NCBI GenBank assembly: GCA_000002445.1
Contig: CH464491.1
Location: 2,656,001 to 2,720,000 of the forward strand
Source: Trypanosoma brucei
Lineage: Eukaryota
DNA length: 64,000 nt
Direction of reading: 5' to 3'
Part shown: piece by piece, positions 21,187 to 31,105 of the stretch
Numbering within the stretch: position 1 is the stretch's first letter
Layout of the letters: each line of letters opens with the position of its first letter
The notes under the pieces: model-generated
What the model was told of the DNA's origin: nothing
The model's input: the letters and a program-made list of their open reading frames with translations, nothing else
Databases searched by the model: none
Program-made: the position numbers and the translations under genes

Positions 21187-24093
21187 TTGCCCGAACAGAT
21201 AGGAAGCAATATGAATCCATCTGGTCCCAGTGGTCACCATGAGGAGAGGTTAAGAAGCTCTGCACCGGTGTACACCAACGTGCGTCGCGAGGCACGAAGG
21301 ATGCAGCGTGAAGCGATGGAAGTTAACGCAAGGATAAGGGAAATAGAGGCTCGTGGGCAGATGAGACACAAACAAGAGCGGGTGATGTTGCGCGCCAAGG
21401 TTGACAACATCGTAGAGGGGCTTGTTGGAGGCACCGAAGGGATCGTCCCTCCCAGTGTGCTTGACCCACCTATTGAAAGGATACCAGAACCATGCTTTTT
21501 ACGGCCTACAGAGAAAAAACAAACATGTACAGGGTCGGGAATGGCTCCAGTGAAGTTAATTTCACTCGCTTCCAGTGCCGGCCGCATGCCCGATGACGTT
21601 CGTAGTGGCCGCTATCCAGGGGGCTCACCCTCTAAAGGTGTTACGCCTAGAAACCGTGTGGACGCCTCTGAATCCAAAGCGGGTGAGCCGCCGCGAGGGT
21701 TCCCCGTCCCCTTTGAATCCTCAGGGTTCCGGTGCCCCATTCAGTGGGCGGAGATGAGCCTTCATGAGGTGTTGATAACTGCATTAGGGCCCCGCTCCGA
21801 ACGGGAAAGGAGGGGTACGGATGTGCCTCCGAACCGTTTGCTTGTTAGTGTGGCGTCGCATCTACTAAATGAAGTTCTTTCGCGTGATACACGTTATGCG
21901 ACGTTATGGCCGCTTCTTCGGGACGTTGTCTTCAAGGGACTCTTCGCTCCGACAAATTTCAAGCAATCACCTTATATGGGTGGACGTGAACCCCCCAGTT
22001 ACCCCAGTTTTGTACCAGCAGCTGACTACTTTGGCTTGCGTTTGTGGTCGGATGAGTATCTTCTGAGTCGCAGGGCGGAGTTGCATCTTTCTGATAGGGT
22101 CACTGACTTGAACAGTGCGTTGAATAGCCGTGGGGATATTTTTCAATTTGCAGTCAAGCAAATTGAAAAAGCCAGCAAAAGGAGTGCTTTTCGAGCATGG
22201 CGAGCAGTTGTGCAGCGCAACCGAATTCTCCGAGACAACGTAGTAGCATACCTGAAGCGCGTCCGTCAGAGGATGGTTGTGGAGGGTAGCTTCCTGCGAT
22301 GGCGGCGCCTTGTTGTACAAACGAAGTTAGAGGAGCTGAGAGTGTCTCTGAAGGAATCGAATGTGCGCTTCTCTATTAGCGAGAGTAATAGTAAAGAAAC
22401 AATAAGGGAGCTGGAGGAGAGACTCGAGGAAGAGCGAAAGGGGGCTGAGGTGATGAAGTTGAAAATCGAATCACTCTCCATGCAGCTAGTTGAAAAGCAG
22501 ATGCTTGATCTCCGGACGCTGGACTCCACGTTGCGAAACTACCGCGCTATGTGTGGGGACGCCAAGAAGGAGAGTAAACGGTGGGAACGTTTGGCAAAAA
22601 CATTTTCGTGCCGTTCAGGGTGCCCGGTTTTCCCAGCATCGATGAAAAGGCATGCTCACAGCCTGCGTTCCATTGAGACTTCGTGTGTTGGTCAGGGCAC
22701 GCAAGCTTACGAACGTGTTGTGGACGCGCGCTGCTCCCTCGAGTCACTTCTGGTAGCCTGGATTAACTCTTTGATGAAGGATCAAAATGACCACTCTTGG
22801 AAGGCTGTAAGGAAGATTGAACTGGGGTCTGATGCTGGTGATTTCAGTGTCAGTGCTCTCTGTAAGTTAGTGCGGACATTGGATTCTATATACAACACCA
22901 GGGGCGCAGAGCATGTGATGTGTGGTTCAGCGGCCTCGACAAATCCAAGTCGTGCGACTTCTCTGACAAAATGTATCGAACTGCTGCGGGAAGGGAATGA
23001 ATCATCAACAGTAGTTTTCCAGGAGCTTGTCCAACTTATTCACAAGCAAACAGTGGATGGTCTTTTCCCTCCATTACTCTCCCACTGTTCGTATCTTGAC
23101 ACTTTTTACACCCCTTCAACCTTTTGTCAAAAACCCCATCCAACTGCTATGCTGTGGGTGCTGGCTACGCTTTTCGTTGGGTATGCGCGTTTGGTAGCGG
23201 GTGTTCCGTCATTTGCATCGCATGATATCGAGCAGCGGCTACGGTGTCAATCTGAGGCCTCAATAGGCTGCCTTGCCTTAGGCCCCGTGCCTGAGGAGGG
23301 GGAGGTTAACAAGCAACCTGAAGGCCGGAGCCGCAGCCAGAGTATCGTCAGTTCTCACATTTTGACGACAAACACGGTCATCAAAAAATCCGCCCGTCAC
23401 AGCCGTCCGCGAAGCACGGCGTCACGTAAAGTAGCCGAAGAGGCCGCTGACGAGAAAGATCAGGCGTGTGAGAAGGCAATTGTGGACACCGCTTCTGATG
23501 TTGAGGTGTACCTCAATTGCGAGTGTGGTACGGAGGAAGAGGGAGGATACTCCAGCGATGGCGAACTGACGACAAGTGAAACTGCCACGACTCACGAAAC
23601 CGATGGACTTGAAAAAAGCACGTCAGGTGCAACGGAAAAGATGAAGCATACGCCGGGTAGCAGCAGTAAACCACAGCGTCCTGCACGGAGGTCTCAGCTT
23701 CTCCCTTCAACGAGTAAACTGTTGGTTCCAGTTGGACAGCGAGAGTTTGTTAAGTTTCACCGAGACGAGGGAAAGCGTCAACGAATGTGGATAAGTGTTT
23801 GCCGTATTGTAACGTCACTAGTGGTGAGGTTTCGTATCCTCGACGTACCGACAAGCAGCGCCGTTCCTCCGAGCTTCGCTTCACCTATGTCGTTTTCTTC
23901 GTCTCTACCACGGCTTGTTAGTGGACGACACTCATTATTTTTTAACAGTGGACGGGAGTCAAGGAGGAGCCAGTCCGGTTTGTTTCCCGTTGCCAGTAGT
24001 CCCCCAAATCCAGCCACAAAACCCAAGAGAGGGGCGTCTCAGGCACACTCTACGCTGCGGCGGTGGCTGGATAAGGCTAGGAAGGCAGAGTAG
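21187..24093 (+). CDS. Hypothetical protein (968 aa) with central coiled-coil segment and Ser/Thr-rich C-terminal region
   Basis: Long same-strand ORF preceded by a polypyrimidine tract at about 20870-21060. No domain recognised. Confidence 0.5.
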   Translation: MPEQIGSNMNPSGPSGHHEERLRSSAPVYTNVRREARRMQREAMEVNARIREIEARGQMRHKQERVMLRAKVDNIVEGLVGGTEGIVPPSVLDPPIERIPEPCFLRPTEKKQTCTGSGMAPVKLISLASSAGRMPDDVRSGRYPGGSPSKGVTPRNRVDASESKAGEPPRGFPVPFESSGFRCPIQWAEMSLHEVLITALGPRSERERRGTDVPPNRLLVSVASHLLNEVLSRDTRYATLWPLLRDVVFKGLFAPTNFKQSPYMGGREPPSYPSFVPAADYFGLRLWSDEYLLSRRAELHLSDRVTDLNSALNSRGDIFQFAVKQIEKASKRSAFRAWRAVVQRNRILRDNVVAYLKRVRQRMVVEGSFLRWRRLVVQTKLEELRVSLKESNVRFSISESNSKETIRELEERLEEERKGAEVMKLKIESLSMQLVEKQMLDLRTLDSTLRNYRAMCGDAKKESKRWERLAKTFSCRSGCPVFPASMKRHAHSLRSIETSCVGQGTQAYERVVDARCSLESLLVAWINSLMKDQNDHSWKAVRKIELGSDAGDFSVSALCKLVRTLDSIYNTRGAEHVMCGSAASTNPSRATSLTKCIELLREGNESSTVVFQELVQLIHKQTVDGLFPPLLSHCSYLDTFYTPSTFCQKPHPTAMLWVLATLFVGYARLVAGVPSFASHDIEQRLRCQSEASIGCLALGPVPEEGEVNKQPEGRSRSQSIVSSHILTTNTVIKKSARHSRPRSTASRKVAEEAADEKDQACEKAIVDTASDVEVYLNCECGTEEEGGYSSDGELTTSETATTHETDGLEKSTSGATEKMKHTPGSSSKPQRPARRSQLLPSTSKLLVPVGQREFVKFHRDEGKRQRMWISVCRIVTSLVVRFRILDVPTSSAVPPSFASPMSFSSSLPRLVSGRHSLFFNSGRESRRSQSGLFPVASSPPNPATKPKRGASQAHSTLRRWLDKARKAE

Positions 24094-24855
24094 GTGGGAG
24101 GTGTGAGTTGTTTGAAGAGGCATGCAGCGTCGCCAAAGCCAGGGGAAGTGTGGGCGCTTCCTCCACTATGTTATCTGTACCTTCGTGCTGTTAGATGTTA
24201 TATTATCACTTTATGTTTACGTCTGATCACTCTATTTCCGCATTATCGCGTTGGCTGGCCTAGGTGCCGAAAATGAGGCTCAACTTCATTTTTATGCGTG
24301 TGGGTGGGTGACGCAACAGACACAACAGATTTGACGTTTGCAACTGTTTCCCCCTTTCTCTTTCCCCCGTTATTCCTGCTTTCATTCTTTGTAGAATTCC
24401 CCCTTCCCACTTTCTGATGTTCACCTGTTGTGAATACGTGGGTATGCTTGCGTTGTGCTTCATGGTCCATGTCGCCAATCAGTTCACCCTACGGCCATGG
24501 ACTGACTCCCACAAACGCCTTTCCCTGTCCCCATGTTTGTAATTACTTCTGAATGATCTTTCTTCGTCTCCCCTCCCCTTCACGTACACACGCGCCATTG
24601 TCTCCTCGCTGTTTCTGGTTGACGTTGTGTAGTGTAATATGTTTGTGCCCGTGTTGGTGCTTGGATGGTTTGCTTTTATCTTCCTTTCTTCACCGTTTTT
24701 GGAAACACCCCAATACTCTGGAAGCGTGCCTACCTTGTGTGGTGCTCATTTCACTATTCTGAACACAATATAGAGAAGAGAAGCAGGCCCGAAAGGGAAA
24801 ATCAGGAGGGTGCTAAACGAGACAGGATAGTGTAGAAGGCACTGGTGCCACCATA

Positions 24856-25212
24856 ATGCCCCGTGGCGGCACTGACTATCTCGAGGCACTGTCAGTACCG
24901 AAACATGATGTGACGGGAGTAAAGGGGGAAGGTGTTCCACTCCGGAAGCGGTTACAACCCGTTCAGGTTACAGGGTATGACTCCACAGCCAAGATAGGGA
25001 GGAGTACCAGGCGTCAGGAACTGCGGGCAGCACTTCTTGAGGAGGAGCTGAGGGGAGGGGGTCTGTGTGGTGGCTGCCGTAGGGTGGCGCTGTGCGTTTC
25101 TGTTTTCGCACTTTTGGCGGTGCTTGCAGTGGCAGCAATGATGTACTTTCCACAAGGCAGAGAAATTCTTTTACCCCTACTGAGTCAGTTACGGGGCTAT
25201 CTGGGGGTATAG
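24856..25212 (+). CDS. Possible small tail-anchored membrane protein (118 aa). This call is speculative.
   Basis: Only + strand ORF in the roughly 1.5-kb gap between flanking genes. It is preceded by a pyrimidine-rich tract at 24540-24720. It has a single C-terminal hydrophobic helix (VALCVSVFALLAVLAVAAMMYF) after a charged coiled-coil-like stretch (RRQELRAALLEEELR). Confidence 0.25.
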   Translation: MPRGGTDYLEALSVPKHDVTGVKGEGVPLRKRLQPVQVTGYDSTAKIGRSTRRQELRAALLEEELRGGGLCGGCRRVALCVSVFALLAVLAVAAMMYFPQGREILLPLLSQLRGYLGV

Positions 25213-25595
25213 TGGTGGTGTTTGCTGCTGCGGGGTGGTGTTTTTTGTGGCCTAGTTTCCCTAGACACGTACAGTAGAGTTAAATGGGCGCGCGCATTCG
25301 TTATTTTCCAGTGGAAGGCATGATGAGACAGAAGAGAAGCAGTGGGTTCCCCTTCTTTTTGAGTCTGTTCGAAATGATGCGACTTTCTGATGTATTTTTG
25401 CTCTTCCACATTGTTTGGTGAAGAATGCCGAGGTACTCCGTTTTCTGTACCCCGCGGTGGGCATCATATACCCAATTTCGAATTATGTTTCTTAGTTTTC
25501 GCATCTCCCCCCACTTTCCACAATTCTTCAACGGACCCTTCGTCTGTTATCATCTCCCCCTCTTCCTCCCGGTGCTGCCGCTGTGAACGCACATA

Positions 25596-26771
25596 ATGTT
25601 TACCCGCCCACTCTTCAATTTTTCACCACGCCATCTGTGCCTCTTTTTAAGTGCTCACAGTTCCCCTCCAAGTCTTCGCGAACCAATGAGTCTTCGCGAG
25701 GACTGGGGTCGTCTTGTGGACGAGGTATGTAACATGGATAGCACTGAACCGCTCCCAGAAGAGTTTGTTCCCTCAGAATTCCTCCCTGGGGGTTGCGAAC
25801 TCCCTGCTGACTTGTTGCACTACCTCCGGAGCGGAGCAAATGCTTTTGAGGCTGAAACTGCTGATCTTTTTCAGCCGCAAACTTCCACTGAGGAGGGGTT
25901 TCACGCTGCACCCATTGTCAGTCGTTACGGCACGGCGGGAACCCTACGCAACCTAGTTGGTGATCGAGGCGAGAACCCGCGACTACCGAGGCACGAGGGA
26001 CCGAACTTTTACGAGGCCTATCGCGCTCACGCCGCCTTGAACGGCGAGGGAGGCGGAAGGAACAACCTCACTTCCTCTGCTTCTGCCGCTGCGGCGGCAG
26101 GAAGTGCGGGGGCTAACAATATTCTTCGTTCAATTGGGAATGGGATTCGTATCAATCCTGGATTCATGGTGCCGGAGTATCATTCGCAGAGGAACCGGAA
26201 ACTTAACTTTGTCCCCCTGATTCTCATTTCGCCTTCTGTTTCTTCTGTACTTCAGGTGATCAACATCAAAGATTTCTTGGAGGATGGTGTTTACGTTGAG
26301 CCGTCCTCACGGTTCTTGAACCCCGTAACGGGCGACATGAACGTTGAAGACGCGCCGAAGCACATCACTGTCAAACCGGGAAGCTTCCTAGATGCGGACA
26401 AGTACCGTGTAGCGTACAGAGAGTTTCGTGTTGTGAATGGACCAAAACAGGTAAAGAACTGGAACCATGTCTGTGCGTGCATCGTAGACGGCAATGAGTG
26501 GCAATTTAACCGTTGGTTTCCAGACGAAGTTCCTTCCTTGTGTGTGAGCCGACTTTTTCAGCGTGTGTGTGGTTTTTTACCTTACTTTGAGGAGGATAAA
26601 CCACCCAAGGCCCTTCAGGAGTGGCATGTTACTCCGTTGAAGTTGACACGCCGCGTTGTGAAGTCGCACACTCACATTCGCCAGGCGTCTGCCTTTTGGG
26701 AGCACTTGTACCTGTTTCTGGACACACATCCCCTCTTTAAGTTGTTCACCGTCCCGCCGGACCAGCCGTAG
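25596..26771 (+). CDS. CDC73: CDC73/parafibromin homolog (PAF1 complex subunit). The probable start is the in-frame ATG at 25686 (MSLREDWGRL..).
   Basis: The C-terminal domain NWNHVCACIVDGNEWQFNRWFPDEV......QEWHVTPLKL....SHTHIRQASAFWEHLYLFLD matches the Cdc73 C-terminal Ras-like domain signature (W.rVvAvfV.G..WQFKgWP ....W.V..L.l.......FW..L..y). AG acceptors at about 25650-25680 lie downstream of the first ATG, which favours the 25686 start. Confidence 0.55.
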   Translation: MFTRPLFNFSPRHLCLFLSAHSSPPSLREPMSLREDWGRLVDEVCNMDSTEPLPEEFVPSEFLPGGCELPADLLHYLRSGANAFEAETADLFQPQTSTEEGFHAAPIVSRYGTAGTLRNLVGDRGENPRLPRHEGPNFYEAYRAHAALNGEGGGRNNLTSSASAAAAAGSAGANNILRSIGNGIRINPGFMVPEYHSQRNRKLNFVPLILISPSVSSVLQVINIKDFLEDGVYVEPSSRFLNPVTGDMNVEDAPKHITVKPGSFLDADKYRVAYREFRVVNGPKQVKNWNHVCACIVDGNEWQFNRWFPDEVPSLCVSRLFQRVCGFLPYFEEDKPPKALQEWHVTPLKLTRRVVKSHTHIRQASAFWEHLYLFLDTHPLFKLFTVPPDQP

Positions 26772-26990
26772 CTTTTGATTTTACCCCCATCAATTGCAAT
26801 AATCGGGCTGTACTGATCAAGAGTGAGAGGGAGGCGAAGTCGCCCAACTTTTTACTTCCCCCACAGCGTGAGGAATCGGGGTCGGCTAAACCTTCAGGAA
26901 GTGGTTAATTTCCTTTTTGTTGTTTCACTGCGAATGGCTTTGTCATTTTCTTTTTTTCTTTTTTCTTTCTGATGAAAGAGATAAGGGAGC

Positions 26991-27011
26991 ATATATATAT
27001 ATATATATATT
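26991..27011. repeat. (AT)n dinucleotide microsatellite (intergenic)
   Basis: Direct reading shows atatatatatatatatatat. Similar (TA)n runs occur at 6160-6175, 34905-34929, 39980-39998, 42071-42086 and 52050-52066. Confidence 0.9.
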
Positions 27012-27577
27012 TATTTATAAAGGTGAGGGAAAGGAGCAGAGAGGGAAGGGAAGAGAGAGAGAGTGGGGATGTTTAAAAGCATGTGTATGCGCACGTAGTG
27101 TGCTTTAAAAAGAGTGATGTGATTGGCGTTGCGGTTGTGTGTGTGTGTGCATGGGAGAGGGGCGGGAGTCCGCGATGAAGAGAGAAGACAAAGTGCGTGG
27201 GGAATAATTTTATTGTCTTCCAGAATCTTTCTGTCGGAGCTGCAGTTGATTGCTGGTTCACTGTGTCCTGCCGATGGGCCTCTTGAAATATCAGTTGCGC
27301 TGATACGGTAGTTTGTAGGGGCTTACCACTTCTGTGTACGTTCCGTTGGTGAATCGGTATTCTGTTCTTTTTTTTTTGTTTTATTACTTTGACGTCTTGT
27401 GTGCATGGGTTTAGAAGCTTAGACTTAACTTCGCACAGTTCGGCGCAGACGAAGAAAATAAAAGGATTTTTTTAAAAAAGGAAAATATAAATATACGTAC
27501 ATTCACAAGAACGACGAAGGGAGCGAGGCGCACACCAGTAACTCAAGCATACTTTTCCGACTTTATCACCCGTCATT

Positions 27578-28207
27578 ATGCTTCGCCGTGTCGGCCGCAC
27601 TACGTGTTCCCCTGCAGCGTGTCAACTACGTCACACAACCATCCTTTCTGTCCGCAAGGGTGATACGGTTGTGCTACTCGGTGATCGACAGGTTACCCTT
27701 GGTGAGCGCATTGTCGCCAAATCCAGTGCATGCAAGCTGCGTCGCATTAATGATGATGTTGTCATTGGTTTCGCGGGGAGCACTGCGGACGCGATTTCTC
27801 TTATGGAGAAACTTGAGAACAAAATTGGTGAGTTCCCAAATCAGCTTACCCGTGCGGCTGTTGAGCTAGCTAAAGAGTGGCGTACTGATCGCGCACTTCG
27901 CCGGTTGGAAGCCTCACTCATTGTTTGCAGTGCTGAGGAGACTCTGGAAATTGATGGACAGGGTAATGTTATTACGCCAGAGGCTGATGGAATTGTGGCA
28001 ATTGGGTCCGGTGGAACCTTCGCGAAGGCAGCGGCACGGGCGCTCATTGATGTGGACGGTTACGATGCGGAGAAAATCGCGCGGAAAGCGATGCGCATCG
28101 CCACAGATATCGATGTTTTCAGCAACGAACACTGGGATGTTGAGGTACTCAAGCGGAAATCCGAGAAGCAGGAAGGGTCGGAAGCGTCGGCGAAAACTAG
28201 CGAGTAA
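27578..28207 (+). CDS. HslV: ATP-dependent protease subunit HslV (bacterial-type proteasome-like threonine protease, mitochondrial in kinetoplastids)
   Basis: After a short presequence (MLRRVGRTTCSPAACQLRH) comes TTILSVRKGDTVVLLGDRQVTLGERIVAKSSACKLRRINDDVVIGFAGSTADAISLMEKLE... This matches HslV with N-terminal Thr (TTI.sVR....v...GDgQvtlG.tv.K..a.KvRrl.....v.GFAG.tADAf.L.e..E) along the full 209 aa. Confidence 0.85.
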   Translation: MLRRVGRTTCSPAACQLRHTTILSVRKGDTVVLLGDRQVTLGERIVAKSSACKLRRINDDVVIGFAGSTADAISLMEKLENKIGEFPNQLTRAAVELAKEWRTDRALRRLEASLIVCSAEETLEIDGQGNVITPEADGIVAIGSGGTFAKAAARALIDVDGYDAEKIARKAMRIATDIDVFSNEHWDVEVLKRKSEKQEGSEASAKTSE

Positions 28208-29896
28208 CCGAAGTTAGTGCAGTCATGGCGGTAAATTTGATCCATCGACCGAAGGCACATGTATTTGTGCTTGCGTGTCTAGTGTTTTGAACGTTCGCTG
28301 TGATATACTCGGGCAGCGGTGTATCCGAGTAGGTGGCAGCATGCGTGGACCACGTGAGATAAGAGAGCAAAAGGAATGTGACAACTGAAGGGCCTCTGAT
28401 AGGAGGCGAGTGAAGCAGGAGAGGGCGATTCACTCCACTGCGGTATGAGTGGGTGTCCGTGTTTTGTTGTTGTTGTTGTTGATAGGGCGGCAGGTGTTGG
28501 GGGAGAAATGTTTTATGTTGTCGGGTGCCAAAATGTGGTTGTGGTTCCGCATGTGTACGTATCTGTAGCATAACCAGCATTCACTTCTTCGTGCATCTCG
28601 TCACACATGGCATTCGTGCTACAATTATTCCTTCATGCTTCTCTTGATATTCACACGCACGCGCACACACACGAGGAATTTCTCCGTTGTTGTCTTTTAT
28701 TTGTAGTTCCATTGCACTTCTTCCCCTTCTCCTTCCTCTCCGGAACGGGTTTAACCACTGGTTGAGGCTGTAGAACTCATTTCTCCTCTCACGGTATAAC
28801 GACGGCTGCAATGAGTAAACGACATCACCATCAAATTTTTTTAAAAAAAGAGAAAGGCAAAAAAAATAAATAATAATAAAGAAACTGCGCCCAGCGTTGT
28901 TCATTTCAAACAGTGCGATCTATGCAATTTCCCCCTTGGTTTCCCCCATTACTTTTGTCTTCTCTCTTCGGTTTGTCTCTTTGCTTTCCTTTTTTAATTA
29001 ATCCACCTTTGAGGTGGATATACCGCATAGAAAGAGCCCAATGCTGTCACTGTAGCAGAGATGGCGTAGGTACGAGTTTCGCGTAAGATCTTTCCTGTGT
29101 TTTTTTTACTTTTGTTTCCCGTTTTGGAAGAAACTGAAACTTAGTCACTTTAAGCACACTAGAGAGAAATGCAGAACTGGTCGTAAGTGGTGGCGGAGGA
29201 TGAAATGATGCTCTTTTTTCTGTGTGAAATCCCATCTAAACCATCAGAAAAGGGCGTCTACTTACATTTTCTTATTTTCTGTTACTCGGGTGTATTTTGT
29301 TGTTGAACTTATGCTAACGAACTGGCTGCACTTTACCGTTCCTCTTATATTTAGTGGGCGAGAGCGGTGTATTGCGTAAGTTTAGGTGACCTTCACGCTC
29401 TACGGGTCGCTGCTGTGTGGAAGCGAAGGAAACGGCAGGCTTTTAAATTTTTGTATGAACATTGAGTTGCATCAGGAATGATGTGTTTTGAGGGTCAGTT
29501 AAGGACTGTAGGGGCATAAATGAGGGTAGTGAATATATATATATTTGCCTCACATTATAAAAGGAAAGTCAAGAAATGATAGGAAGATGAATGACAAGCA
29601 GCTCTTCCACGTAGTGGTAATAGATGCATTTATGCACGTCTTTGTATGATATTTTTGCCATTCATATTGTTGTGCTTCTACGTTGTTACTATCGTTTCTT
29701 CCCTCCATTGCTTCGTGGTAAGAGTAGCATTATCTCTTTTATCGTGGTGTTTCAACATTCACATGTGTAGGTCAGAGTAAGGGTGAGTCAAATAGGAAAG
29801 GAAATAAAATAAACGAAGGAAAGAGAAAAGAACATTTTCCCCGAGAGACGAAGAGAGACGCATCAAGGGGAAACTAGTAGTAAGGAGTGAAGCCGC

Positions 29897-30523
29897 ATGG
29901 TGGAAAAGCACATGTACGACGGTTGGTCGTATGAGCGGCTCCGTCAACAACGCAACCGCGCTCACTTCCTTCTTGAGGAACCCTACCGGTTTATCACAGT
30001 TTTGCTTCATCATGGAAAGTTGTACGCCATCGATAGTCCATGTTATCACGGCTCCGGACCACTTGGCGAGGGTCAGATAGTTGATTTAGAAGATATGGAT
30101 ACTGTTGTGACATCAGGAGACGGAAAACTCGGGTCCTCACGAGTGCCTTGTTTACGCTGTCCATGGCACTCTTACCTTATTTCCATTGAAACGGGGGAAT
30201 TGGTGGAGGTGCTGTCAGTTGAAGGCACTAAAACTGGGAGAGAGAATCAAGCTGATAATGATGTTGCAGAAGAGATGCCGTCTTATCCACTTCAGCACCG
30301 CTTTGGCACTTGCGGAGGGGCCACACACGTCTCCCGGAAGGGTGTCGTTCAGCGTACTCATCAGGTGTCTCTCGATGAGGCCACTGGAATTTTAACAATT
30401 GAAGTGGAAGATGAGGAGGTGATGCGCCGACGCCCGTTGCCATCCGACAAAGTGGCGGGAGATATTAAGAACGGGGCCCTCACCATGCAAATATTTGACA
30501 TAAAGGCCAGAGGGCTTGAGTAA
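29897..30523 (+). CDS. Rieske [2Fe-2S]-domain-like protein (208 aa)
   Basis: CYH....(38 aa)...CLRCPWH: a CxH / CxxH ligand pair with a longer-than-usual spacer. Confidence 0.4.
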   Translation: MVEKHMYDGWSYERLRQQRNRAHFLLEEPYRFITVLLHHGKLYAIDSPCYHGSGPLGEGQIVDLEDMDTVVTSGDGKLGSSRVPCLRCPWHSYLISIETGELVEVLSVEGTKTGRENQADNDVAEEMPSYPLQHRFGTCGGATHVSRKGVVQRTHQVSLDEATGILTIEVEDEEVMRRRPLPSDKVAGDIKNGALTMQIFDIKARGLE

Positions 30524-31105
30524 ATGGCAAGCACTTTTCGGGAAGAGAGGCGATGTCATGTGCAACTTTCCTCTCTTTTTTTTTCTTTTTGCAGATGTGT
30601 TTGTTGTGTAAATTTTGATGTTGGGTTATGAAAGTCCGATTGCAGTGGGGGCACTACCCGACCCGCAGTCTTGGGATTACTGACTTTGTGTGTGGGTTTA
30701 TGTGCATTTGGAAAAGAAAAATAAAGGTGTATATTTTGAAGTTGAAGTTGTTTGGACTTCACTGATATCGGTTGTTTCTTCTAGCTCTTCTATTGTGGTA
30801 CTCGTGTGGGACCTATCTTTCCCTCTTTTCTTTCGGCATGTATGAAAGTGTTTTAAGACAGGGATAGTTGAGTAGCAACAGTAACACCAACCACAAATAC
30901 AGCTGCGGTGGTGGGGTATAAGAAAGACCTGAAGTTAAAAAAATAAATACCTAAAAAAAAAAGAACAAAAGGTAACTTTTCCTCCATTAAGATTTAACAA
31001 AGAAAAGGGTGACAGGGGGGGGGCAAGGGGTTAAGCAAGACGTTTGTTAAGCAAAAGGGTGTGCCGTTTGGTGGGAGGGCGTAATTAAGTGAGAGAAATA
31101 GCCAA

